Shown piece after piece: positions 45,360 through 53,874 of a DNA stretch of 64,000 nt. The notes below the pieces were generated by a model that saw only the letters and a program-made list of their open reading frames with translations, was not told where the DNA came from and ran no database searches. Origin of the DNA: Collinsella sp. GTDB taxonomy: Bacteria; Actinomycetota; Coriobacteriia; Coriobacteriales; Coriobacteriaceae. Position numbers and translations under genes: made by a program. The stretch spans positions 5,427 through 69,426 of the forward strand of contig DXMY01000031.1 of assembly GCA_019413925.1 (NCBI GenBank). Direction: 5' to 3'. Within the stretch, counting starts at the first letter, position 1, and each line of letters starts with the position of its first letter.

Positions 45360-45492
45360 ACAAATCCAAAGAAAAGTTGAAATAATCGCCACTTTTCCTA
45401 ACTAAAGCGTCTACTATTTTGCGAACGCCGAACACGGCGAAGGATGGCCTGTCGGGTAACCAAAACCCGACGAGATTTGAGAGGAGAGCCGC

Positions 45493-46680
45493 ATGTCGAG
45501 CCTCACCGGTAAGTCATTGAACCCTGTTATGAATCGCAGGAGTGTTATCGCGAGCGCAGCAGGTCTGGGGGCGATGTCCATTCTAGCTGGCTGCTCCTCC
45601 AACGGCGGCGACAGCGGTTCCGCTTCGGGCGACGCTTCGTTTAAGATCGGCACCATCGGCCCGCTGACCGGCGCCAACGCGTCCTACGGCAAGTCCGTTA
45701 CCCAGGGTGTCGAGCTTGGCTGCAAGGATTTCTCGACCAAGGAGCTGCCGCTTGCCAGCAAGGCCGAGGATGACCAGGCCGATGGCGAGAAGGCCGTCAA
45801 CGCCTTCAACACCCTGCTCGACTGGGGCATGCAGGCCCTCGTCGGCCCGACCACCACGGGTGCGTCGGTTGCCGTTGCCGCAGAGTGTGGTAACGACCCC
45901 AAGACGTTCATGATCACCCCGTCCGCGTCCTCCGAGGACGTCACCGACGGCAAGGATTGCGTCTTCCAGGTTTGCTTCACCGACCCCAACCAGGGTGTCA
46001 ACGCTGCCAAGTTCCTGGCGCAGAAGTATGCGGACGAGAAGTTTGTGCTGTTCTATAACTCCGGCGACGCCTATTCTTCGGGTATCGCAGATTCCTTTAA
46101 GGCCCAGGCCGCTGAGTCCAAGCTCGAGGTTGTTGACGAGGAGACCTTTAAGGACGACTCCGCCACGAGCTTTACCAACCAGCTGACCAAGGCCAAGCAG
46201 GCCGGCGCCACCATGATCTTTGCGCCGATCTACTACACGCCGGCGTCCGTCCTGCTCAAGAATGCCAAGGACATGGGCTACAACGTCAAGATGATGGGCT
46301 GCGACGGCATGGACGGCATCCTGGGCGTTGAGGGCTTCGACACCTCTCTTGCCGAGGGTCTGCTGCTCATGACCCCGTTCTCCGCCGACGACGAGAAGAA
46401 CGCCGACTTCGTCAACGCTTACAAGGATAAGTACGGCGATACTCCCGACCAGTTTGCCGCCGACGCCTACGACGGCGTGCACGCGGTGGCCGAGGCCCTC
46501 AAGGAGGCCGGTCTTGGTGTCGACGCCGACCCGACCGAGGTCGCCGAGAAGCTGCCCAAGGCTATGCTCAAGATTACCGTTGACGGTCTGACCGGCAAGC
46601 TCACCTGGAACGATAAGGGCCAGGTCCAGAAGGACCCCACGGCGTACGTCATCACCGATGGCAAGTACGTACAGGCCTAA
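45493..46680 (+). CDS. Branched-chain amino acid ABC transporter substrate-binding lipoprotein (LivJ/K-like)
   Basis: GAGGAGAG ribosome-binding site. Lipobox ILAGCSS. Type-I periplasmic binding-protein blocks. Confidence 0.88.
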   Translation: MSSLTGKSLNPVMNRRSVIASAAGLGAMSILAGCSSNGGDSGSASGDASFKIGTIGPLTGANASYGKSVTQGVELGCKDFSTKELPLASKAEDDQADGEKAVNAFNTLLDWGMQALVGPTTTGASVAVAAECGNDPKTFMITPSASSEDVTDGKDCVFQVCFTDPNQGVNAAKFLAQKYADEKFVLFYNSGDAYSSGIADSFKAQAAESKLEVVDEETFKDDSATSFTNQLTKAKQAGATMIFAPIYYTPASVLLKNAKDMGYNVKMMGCDGMDGILGVEGFDTSLAEGLLLMTPFSADDEKNADFVNAYKDKYGDTPDQFAADAYDGVHAVAEALKEAGLGVDADPTEVAEKLPKAMLKITVDGLTGKLTWNDKGQVQKDPTAYVITDGKYVQA

Positions 46681-46819
46681 TAGACCGCCTTACATAGAGC
46701 GGTTTTGATCCCAAGCAGGGGAGGTTTTGGCCTTCCCTGCTTGCTTGGTATCTAGGGACAGTGTAACGTCCCTGTTTCATACATTAACTGGAAACCTATT
46801 CGAAAGGGGGATGTGGAAC

Positions 46820-47701
46820 ATGACGGTCTTTATCCAATACCTGGTCAACGGCCTGTCCATGGGCAGCGTCTACGCCATCATCGCGTTGGGCTACACCATG
46901 GTCTATGGCATCGCCAAGATGCTGAACTTCGCTCACGGCGACGTCATCATGGTCGGTGCCTATGTCTCGTTCTGTGCCACGTCGTATCTCGGCCTCCCGG
47001 GCTGGGCATCTGTAATTCTCTCTTGTGTGGTCTGTACCGTTCTCGGTGTTCTCATCGAGGGCCTGGCATACAAGCCGCTGCGTCAGGCGGGCCCGCTGGC
47101 CGTTCTGATCACGGCCATCGGCGTGTCTTACTTCCTGCAGAACGCCGCACAGCTTCTGTGGGGCGCCACGCCCAAGAACTTCACTTCGCTCGTCACCTTC
47201 CAGGTGCCGGAGTTCTTGGCCAAGTTCAATGTAAGCGCCGTCTCGCTCGTCACCATCGTCGCCTGCCTGGTTATCATGGCCGGCCTGATGTTCTTTACAG
47301 GTAAGACCAAGATGGGTAAAGCCATGCGCGCCGTGTCCGAGGACAAGGCTGCCGCTCAGCTCATGGGCATCAACGTCAACCGTACCATCTCGATGACGTT
47401 TGCCATCGGCTCTGCCCTTGCTGCCATCGCCGGCGTGCTGCTGTGCTCCTACTCGCCGGTGCTGCAGCCCACGACGGGTGCCATGCCTGGCATCAAGGCC
47501 TTCGACGCCGCCGTCTTCGGCGGTATCGGCTCCATCCCCGGCGCCTTTGTCGGTGGCATTCTCATCGGCATCATCGAAGCGATGGCGCAGGCCTATATTT
47601 CCACGAGCCTTGCCAACTCCATCGTCTTTGGTGTTCTGATCATTGTCCTGCTCGTCAAGCCTGCCGGCCTCTTGGGCAAGTACGTCCCCGAGAAGGTGTA
47701 G
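46820..47701 (+). CDS. livH: Branched-chain amino acid ABC transporter permease LivH
   Basis: MTVFIQYLVNGLSMGSVYAIIALGYTMVYG is the canonical LivH start. Confidence 0.9.
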   Translation: MTVFIQYLVNGLSMGSVYAIIALGYTMVYGIAKMLNFAHGDVIMVGAYVSFCATSYLGLPGWASVILSCVVCTVLGVLIEGLAYKPLRQAGPLAVLITAIGVSYFLQNAAQLLWGATPKNFTSLVTFQVPEFLAKFNVSAVSLVTIVACLVIMAGLMFFTGKTKMGKAMRAVSEDKAAAQLMGINVNRTISMTFAIGSALAAIAGVLLCSYSPVLQPTTGAMPGIKAFDAAVFGGIGSIPGAFVGGILIGIIEAMAQAYISTSLANSIVFGVLIIVLLVKPAGLLGKYVPEKV

Positions 47702-48790
47702 GTGAGCGTTATGAAGTTTCTTAAAGACAAGCAGACGCGTCACGACTTTGTCACGTACGCCATGTGCATCGTGGCATTTGCCATCGTGTTCTTTATGCAG
47801 TCCAACCATATGATCCCGCGCATGATTGCCGGCCAGTTGGTTCCCATTACGGCCTACATCGTCATGGCCATTTCCCTCAACCTCGTCGTCGGCATCGCGG
47901 GCGACCTGTCGCTGGGCCATGCGGGCTTTATGAGTGTCGGTGCCTACACGGGCATCGTCACCGCGGTCGCCCTCGAGAGCGCCGTTCCCTCCGATCCAGT
48001 GCGCCTGATCATCAGCATTGTGGTCGGCGCTATCGCCGCTGCCATCTTGGGCTTCTTGATCGGTATCCCGGTCCTGCGCCTGAGCGGCGACTATCTGGCC
48101 ATCGTGACCCTGGCTTTTGGCGAGATCATCAAAGAGATCGTCACCTGTCTCATTGTGGGCGTCGACTCCCGCGGCCTGCATGTGATCTTTAACATCACGG
48201 GTAACTCCACGATCGACGACCTGCACCTGCTCGAGGACGGCACCGCCATCATCAAGGGCGCCCAGGGCGCCTCGGGCGTGTCGACGTACTCGACCTTCCT
48301 CGCCGGTGCCATCCTGGTCATGGTCGCACTCGTGATCGTGCTCAACCTGGTTCGCAGCCGTACCGGCCGTGCCATTATGGCCGTGCGTGACAACAAGATC
48401 GCTGCCGAGTCCGTGGGTATCTCCGTCACCCAGTACCGCATGATCGCCTTCGTGGTTTCCGCTGCCCTCGCCGGCGCTGCCGGAGCCCTCTTCGGCGGTA
48501 ACTTCTCGCAGCTCTCCGCCACCAAGTTCGACTTCAACACGTCCATCCTCATTCTGGTGTTCGTGGTCCTGGGCGGTCTGGGCAACATGCGCGGCTCCGT
48601 CATCGCGGCGGCGTTGCTTACGGTGCTTCCCGAGCTGCTCCGTCAGTTCTCGGACTACCGCATGCTCATCTACGCCATCGTGCTGATCCTGGTCATGATC
48701 TTTACCAACAACCCGCAGCTCAAGTCGTTCTTCGCACGCATTAAGGACCGCTTTGCTTCCAAGAAGGAGGTGGCAGCCGATGCCCAGTAA
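47702..48790 (+). CDS. livM: Branched-chain amino acid ABC transporter permease LivM
   Basis: Polytopic. GDLSLGHAGFMSVGAY block. Alternative ATG at 47711. Confidence 0.9.
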   Translation: MSVMKFLKDKQTRHDFVTYAMCIVAFAIVFFMQSNHMIPRMIAGQLVPITAYIVMAISLNLVVGIAGDLSLGHAGFMSVGAYTGIVTAVALESAVPSDPVRLIISIVVGAIAAAILGFLIGIPVLRLSGDYLAIVTLAFGEIIKEIVTCLIVGVDSRGLHVIFNITGNSTIDDLHLLEDGTAIIKGAQGASGVSTYSTFLAGAILVMVALVIVLNLVRSRTGRAIMAVRDNKIAAESVGISVTQYRMIAFVVSAALAGAAGALFGGNFSQLSATKFDFNTSILILVFVVLGGLGNMRGSVIAAALLTVLPELLRQFSDYRMLIYAIVLILVMIFTNNPQLKSFFARIKDRFASKKEVAADAQ

Positions 48791-49640
48791 GTTTGAGTTC
48801 AACAAGGGCAAGATGGTCCCGTATCCTTCTGGCGCCATCGTTCCCGACCGCGACCTGGGCCAGCGCCCGGCGCTCGAGTGCATCCACTTGGGCATTGAAT
48901 TTGGCGGCCTTAAGGCAGTCGACGACTTTAGCCTGACCATCGGTAAGACCGAGATCGCCGGTCTGATCGGTCCCAACGGTGCCGGTAAGACCACGGTCTT
49001 CAACCTGCTCACCAAGGTGTACCAGCCCACGCACGGTACCATCCTGCTCGACGGTGAGGACACCTCGGGCAAGTCGGTCTATCAGGTCAACCGCATGGGT
49101 ATTGCCCGTACCTTCCAGAACATTCGCCTGTTCAACACCATGACGGTGGAGGACAACGTCAAGGTCGGTCTGCACAACCAGGAGCGCTACTCCGGCTTTG
49201 AGGGCGTGCTGCGCCTGCCGACGTATTGGAAGCACGAGAAGGCCGCCCACGAGCGCGCCATGGAGCTGCTGTCCATTTTTGATATGGAGCACCTGGCAAA
49301 CGAGCAGGCCGGCTCGCTGCCTTACGGCGCCCAGCGTCGTCTGGAGATCGTCCGCGCGCTTGCCACCAACCCCAAACTGCTGCTGCTCGACGAGCCTGCC
49401 GCCGGCATGAACCCGTCCGAGACCGCGGAGCTCATGGAGAACATCGTCAAGATCCGCGACACCTTTGGCATCGCCATTATGCTTATCGAGCATGATATGT
49501 CGCTCGTCATGAACATCTGCGAGGGCATCTGCGTGCTCAACTTTGGTAAGGTCATCGCCAAGGGCACGGCCGAGGAGATCCAGAACAACGATGCCGTAAT
49601 TGAGGCATATCTGGGCAAGCAGGATAAGGGGGAGAACTAA
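48780..49640 (+). CDS. livG: ABC transporter ATP-binding protein LivG
   Basis: AAGGAGG 9 nt upstream. GPNGAGKTT Walker A, LPYGAQRRLEI signature, LLLDEPAAG Walker B. Confidence 0.9.
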   Translation: MPSKFEFNKGKMVPYPSGAIVPDRDLGQRPALECIHLGIEFGGLKAVDDFSLTIGKTEIAGLIGPNGAGKTTVFNLLTKVYQPTHGTILLDGEDTSGKSVYQVNRMGIARTFQNIRLFNTMTVEDNVKVGLHNQERYSGFEGVLRLPTYWKHEKAAHERAMELLSIFDMEHLANEQAGSLPYGAQRRLEIVRALATNPKLLLLDEPAAGMNPSETAELMENIVKIRDTFGIAIMLIEHDMSLVMNICEGICVLNFGKVIAKGTAEEIQNNDAVIEAYLGKQDKGEN

Positions 49641-50354
49641 ATGGCAGAGCCGATGCTTTCCGTCTACAACATCAACGTCTGGTACGGCGCTATCCACGCC
49701 ATCAAGGACATCTCCTTTAACGTCAACGAGGGCGAGATCGTGGCCCTGATCGGCGCGAACGGCGCCGGTAAGTCCACGACGCTTAAAACCATCTCGGGCC
49801 TGCTGCGTTCCAAGACCGGCTCCATCAAGTTTATGGGCGAGGACATTACCCATACGCCTGCCGATAAACTGGTGGGCAAGGGCCTGGCCCAGGTTCCCGA
49901 GGGCCGTCGCGCCTTTTTGCAGATGACGGTCGAGGAGAACCTGGAGATGGGCGCCTACACGCAGCCCAAGTCCACGGTGGCTCCGGGCCTTGAGCGCGTC
50001 TACGAGCAGTTCCCGCGCCTTAAGGAGCGCCGTCACCAGGTCGCCGGCACCCTTTCGGGCGGCGAACAGCAGATGCTCGTTATGGGGCGCGCCCTTATGA
50101 GCAACCCCAAGCTGCTCATGCTCGATGAGCCTTCCATGGGTCTGGCGCCGATTCTGATTGAGCAGATCTTCCAGATTGTCGAGGACCTGCACAAGGCCGG
50201 TACCACGGTGCTTCTGGTCGAGCAGAACGCCCAGATGGCGCTTTCAATCGCCACGCGCGGCTACGTGCTCGAGACCGGCAAGATCACCATGACCGGCACC
50301 GGCCAAGAGCTCCTGCACGACGACAACGTCCGCAAGGCTTACCTGGGCGGCTAG
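49641..50354 (+). CDS. livF: ABC transporter ATP-binding protein LivF
   Basis: GANGAGKST, LSGGEQQML, LMLDEPSMGL. Confidence 0.9.
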   Translation: MAEPMLSVYNINVWYGAIHAIKDISFNVNEGEIVALIGANGAGKSTTLKTISGLLRSKTGSIKFMGEDITHTPADKLVGKGLAQVPEGRRAFLQMTVEENLEMGAYTQPKSTVAPGLERVYEQFPRLKERRHQVAGTLSGGEQQMLVMGRALMSNPKLLMLDEPSMGLAPILIEQIFQIVEDLHKAGTTVLLVEQNAQMALSIATRGYVLETGKITMTGTGQELLHDDNVRKAYLGG

Positions 50355-50606
50355 GGACTTCCGCCGTTCTGCCGAACGGCGGACCGGCCGACGCTGCGCG
50401 GGCGCCCTGATCGACGTGCCGAAGCTCCTCACCCTTGGGGCTATGCCGCGGTACGAGGCCAGGTGGTCATGGTCCGGGAACCTCGCGATGTCGAATGACA
50501 CCGCGAGGTTCGCCGCCGTCCTCGGCGGCCTCGACCCCCGAGTGGGCGATCCCCACGCGCTAACGCCTGCAAACAAGGGGATTGCCAAGACGCCGCCGGG
50601 CACCTC
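50355..50606 (-). pseudogene. Relic of an IS110-family transposase C-terminal region
   Basis: FDIARFPDHDHLASYRGIAPRVRSFGTSIR...RRPVRRS resembles the GDIsRF.s...LaaYaGlaP....SG...r..isk.Gn..lR core. There is no N-terminal DEDD part and no intact ORF. Confidence 0.5.
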
Positions 50607-50863
50607 CGTCATAGACGTGGAAGTGCGGCCGCGCTGAAGCACTGCGCGGTGTCTGCTCGCTTATGTGCGCATCACGAAGGAAGACCAGATCGGTGAGCGG
50701 GATTGGCCCGAAGTCGAGAGATTCCCATCAGCCTCTCGTCGGTCGATGACCGGTTCACCACGCAGGAAGAGCGTGACGGAAGGTCTCGCAAAAAGGCTCC
50801 GAGCGCGGCGTGCTCATGCCCGTCGTGGTGCGCCCGAAGGGGGGACGGCTGCTACGAGCTCGA

Positions 50864-51127
50864 TCATTTGCGAGGAGAAGACGAACCAGTCGTTGCAGAT
50901 CCAATATGGATCTCGCCGACCTCGGCAAGCTGCTCGATGAGTGGAAGCCCTGTCGGGTCGTCTATTTCAACACCACCCAGAATGATGGTGTCATCGCGCA
51001 GGTCGATCTGCGTGTTGAGCACAGCGAGGTTAAAGCCGGAGGCCACAAATCCGATAGCAGCCAGGACGAGCCCCGTGGCAACAAGCCCACCCGCTACGGC
51101 AAGGTAAATCCTTTTTACGCTGGACAT
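50864..51127 (-). pseudogene. Truncated DUF4097-type gene (N-terminal membrane-anchor fragment only)
   Basis: 87 codons in the usual position after PadR-DUF1700. The TM helix is IYLAVAGGLVATGLVLAAIGFVA. It lacks all GSGD repeat units, and the IS110 relic lies downstream. Confidence 0.5.
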
Positions 51128-51141
51128 GTTTGCACTCCTTC

Positions 51142-51774
51142 CTATGCCGTGAGCGGCGCCGCTTCGGCGCCCATGCGGCTCTTATTGCCTCGATCTTTCC
51201 AGAAGGGCGAAACGGCTTTCTTCGCCCAAAGGGCAGAGAGGCGCGCGATCTGCTTGGACGCCGTCCAGGCGCCGGCTCCCGTGAGGAGCGCCACACCGAT
51301 GGAAGCGAATCCCATTCCCATCGAGGCCAAAACGTACGGAACATGCCCGATAATGATGCCGTCCACGGCGAACAGGAGCCCTACCAGGCCCGCGCCCCCG
51401 AATGCCGCGGCCACGATCCACACGCAGAGCGCAAGAACCCAAATACAGATGTAGACTGCAGCGGCAACGGCGACGAACGCGAGCAGCAGCGGAATCCATA
51501 CCGGAGAGCCCACGATGGCGAGCGCCCATAGAAGTGCCGTGCTCTTGCGCTTGGTCCTCGCGATCGCGCGCGGCACGGCGGGCAGTTCGTCGAGCGTTGC
51601 CTCGGCGACCTCACCGGGCGTGCCCATGGCGGCCACAGCCCCGGCCTCCGTCATGCCGTCCTCCATACGGTCGGCGATGGCCTCCGCGTAGAACTCCTGC
51701 GTTTCCTTTACCTGATCTGCCGGCAGGCAGGCCAGAAGCTCGCCCAGCCGGTTCAAGAACTCATCGCGCGTCAT
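51142..51774 (-). CDS. DUF1700 (PadR-associated HAAS-type) membrane protein
   Basis: MTRDEFLNRLGELLACLPADQVKETQEFYAEAI is the typical DUF1700 N-terminus. C-terminal TM helices. Overlaps the padR stop. Confidence 0.85.
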   Translation of the reverse strand: MTRDEFLNRLGELLACLPADQVKETQEFYAEAIADRMEDGMTEAGAVAAMGTPGEVAEATLDELPAVPRAIARTKRKSTALLWALAIVGSPVWIPLLLAFVAVAAAVYICIWVLALCVWIVAAAFGGAGLVGLLFAVDGIIIGHVPYVLASMGMGFASIGVALLTGAGAWTASKQIARLSALWAKKAVSPFWKDRGNKSRMGAEAAPLTA

Positions 51775-52081
51775 GGTGCGCCCCCTCCACGTAACGGTAG
51801 ATCTCCTGCACGGATGGCCATTCGGCGAGGAACTCGGCGATACGCTCGCGCCCGGCGTCCGTGATGCGGTAGTACCTCCGCAGCCGCCCGTTGTGCTCGG
51901 CGGAGCGCGCTGTGATGCAGCCCGCCTTCTCCAGGCGCTTGAGCAACGGATAGAGCGTGGATTCCGTGAGCCCCATACTCGCGGGCACGTCCTTCACGAT
52001 CTGATAGCCGTAGGATTCCTCGCCCGAGACGGCCGCGAGCACGCAGGCCTCGAGGAAGCCGCGCTTCATCTGTGCCTCCAT
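51761..52081 (-). CDS. PadR-family transcriptional regulator
   Basis: AGGAGG before the ATG at 52081. GYQIVKDV...STLYPLLKRLEKAG winged-helix signature. Confidence 0.9.
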   Translation of the reverse strand: MEAQMKRGFLEACVLAAVSGEESYGYQIVKDVPASMGLTESTLYPLLKRLEKAGCITARSAEHNGRLRRYYRITDAGRERIAEFLAEWPSVQEIYRYVEGAHHDAR

Positions 52082-52101
52082 CCGCACACCTCCTTTCGTA
52101 G

Positions 52102-52138
52102 TATACTGTGTAACACCTACTATATGACACATAGTATA
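52102..52138. promoter_or_regulatory. Imperfect inverted repeat upstream of padR (candidate operator)
   Basis: TATACTGTGT (52102-52111) against ACACATAGTATA (52127-52138). AT-rich and 20 nt from the padR start. Confidence 0.4.
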
Positions 52139-52186
52139 TGATGTCAACAGTTGTCGTATAGGGAGTCCGGTCTGTCTGTCCCCTGC

Positions 52187-52221
52187 GGGTACTCATTGGG
52201 GACGTACTTAAATGAGTACCC
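52187..52221. repeat. Perfect 11-bp inverted repeat in the padR/cutC intergenic region
   Basis: GGGTACTCATT / AATGAGTACCC with a 13-nt loop that contains the GGGGACGT word. That word recurs at 52241, and as GGGACACT at 52269. Confidence 0.6.
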
Positions 52222-52365
52222 ATCGCTCAAGGTGGCACCTGGGGACGTTCCTTATGTGTCGGCACTTTGGGACACTCCTTGTCAAGGTTTTGTTCCATCG
52301 TGCGGGTTGCTATTTAACGTGCGACAATGCCGTGTGGAAATCGAAATGTCTCCTGGGGGCTATCT

Positions 52366-53043
52366 ATGCTGTACGAGTTTTGTGCCGAGAACTTTGAGCG
52401 TGTGCCGGCGGCTATCGATGCCGGTGCTAAGCGCATCGAGTTGTGCGACAACCTTGCCGTCGGTGGTACCACGCCCTCGGCCGGCGTTATCAGCACTACG
52501 GTCAGCTATGCTCACGAGCATGACGCGCGAGTGATGTGCATGATTCGCCCGCGTGGCGGTGACTTTCACTACAACCAGGACGAGCTGCGCATGATGGAGA
52601 TGGACTTGGGTCTTGCCGTGAGCGCCGGCGTTGACGGCCTGGTCTTTGGCTGCTGCAAGCCCTGTGCCGGCGGCTGGGCGCTCGACGAGCTCACCCTCGG
52701 CGCCCTCGTGATGGCTACGGGCTGCGCGACCGAGGAGTGCAAGCGCGGGGCCATCGATATCACCTTCCACATGGCCTTTGACCAGCTCTCGCCCGAGGCT
52801 CAGCTGGACGCCATTGACACACTCGCCGACTGCGGCATCACGCGCATCCTGACGCATGGTGGTGCTGCCGGAACGCCGATCGAGGACAACCTGGAGCACC
52901 TGTCGCGTCTTGTCGAGTATGCGGGCGACCGCCTGACCATCCTTCCCGGCGGCGGCATTTCTACGGCCAACCGCGATACCGTGGCGGCGGCATTGAGCGT
53001 CTCCGAGCTCCATGGCACCAAGATCGTGCCGCTGGAGGCGTAA
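52366..53043 (+). CDS. cutC: CutC-family protein
   Basis: MLYEFCAENFERVPAAIDAGAKRIELCDNLAVGGTTPS matches the CutC N-terminus. Confidence 0.85.
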   Translation: MLYEFCAENFERVPAAIDAGAKRIELCDNLAVGGTTPSAGVISTTVSYAHEHDARVMCMIRPRGGDFHYNQDELRMMEMDLGLAVSAGVDGLVFGCCKPCAGGWALDELTLGALVMATGCATEECKRGAIDITFHMAFDQLSPEAQLDAIDTLADCGITRILTHGGAAGTPIEDNLEHLSRLVEYAGDRLTILPGGGISTANRDTVAAALSVSELHGTKIVPLEA

Positions 53044-53046
53044 CCC

Positions 53047-53844
53047 GTGGCGCTGGTATTTGACGTTCAGCAGGCGAACGGTAAGCCCGACGACAACCGG
53101 CGCCCTGGCACCGCGTGTCCCTTTTGCGATACCGAGGAACTTGCCGATATCATCCGGCGCGATGGTGACTGCATCTGGCTCGAGAATAAGTTCAAGACCC
53201 TGCGCGCCACCCGTCAAACCGTGCTGATCGAGTCGGCCGATCACGATGCCGACCTGGTGATCTATGAGCCGGATGAACTCCACCATGTGATGCGGTTTGC
53301 CCTGGGTTGCTGGCAGCAGATGATCGATTCACAGCAGTATCGCAGCGTTCTCATGTACAAGAACAAGGGTCCGCTCTCGGGCGGTAGTCTCGTTCATCCG
53401 CACATGCAGATTGTAGGTTTGGAGCAGGAAGACGGCTATGCTTCGCTGACTTCCGCCAATTTCGAAGGAATCAATGTCTGGCAACAGGGGAGAATCTTGG
53501 TCAATATCTCAACCGAACCGATCATGGGATTCTTTGAGGTCAACGTTTCAGCCCCGCAGGGAATCGCCGCCAGCGATGACGCGCGAGACCAAGCCGAGGC
53601 GGATCTCTTTGCCGATGCGATCCAGGTAGCTCTGCGCTATATCCTAAACGGGCACCACGGTGGTCGCGCAGAGTCGTACAACTTGTTCTTCTATCACCTG
53701 GGCGGTCGGACCATTGCCAAGGCGCTGCCGCGTTGGGTGGTTTCGCCCTACTTTGTCGGCTATCGTTTGGCCCAAGTCAATGCCGAGACGACGCTCGATA
53801 TCGATGCTGAGCGTCTGCGTGCGCATCTGGAAACGCTCGTATAG
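53047..53844 (+). CDS. GalT-like HIT-superfamily protein (DUF4931-type)
   Basis: CPFCDTEE zinc-knuckle-like start and the GGSLVHPHMQIVG HxHxQ nucleotidyl-transferase motif. GTG start 4 nt after the cutC stop. Confidence 0.72.
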   Translation: MALVFDVQQANGKPDDNRRPGTACPFCDTEELADIIRRDGDCIWLENKFKTLRATRQTVLIESADHDADLVIYEPDELHHVMRFALGCWQQMIDSQQYRSVLMYKNKGPLSGGSLVHPHMQIVGLEQEDGYASLTSANFEGINVWQQGRILVNISTEPIMGFFEVNVSAPQGIAASDDARDQAEADLFADAIQVALRYILNGHHGGRAESYNLFFYHLGGRTIAKALPRWVVSPYFVGYRLAQVNAETTLDIDAERLRAHLETLV

Positions 53845-53874
53845 CAAGACTAACACCCGCGTAATGCGGACAGC

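Noticed and set aside
45421-45492. T-box leader upstream of the liv-type operon
   Set aside because: There is no AGAGA/specifier-loop arrangement and no T-box 14-mer (AANNNGGGTGGTACCGCG). Only two short hairpins are present.
46796-49072. 758-aa ORF on the minus strand
   Set aside because: It is antisense to livH, livM and livG. The composition is Gly/Asp/His/Arg-rich low complexity, there is no ribosome-binding site, and the plus-strand genes have clear ABC motifs.
50640-50863. Additional coding remnants between the IS110 relic and the truncated DUF4097 gene
   Set aside because: Manual translation of all three minus-strand frames gave only short Arg/Ser/Pro-rich stretches with stops and no recognisable DUF4097 (GSGD) or transposase DEDD motifs. 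The plus-strand ORFs 50665-50940, 50703-51107 and 50810-51454 are antisense or low-complexity.
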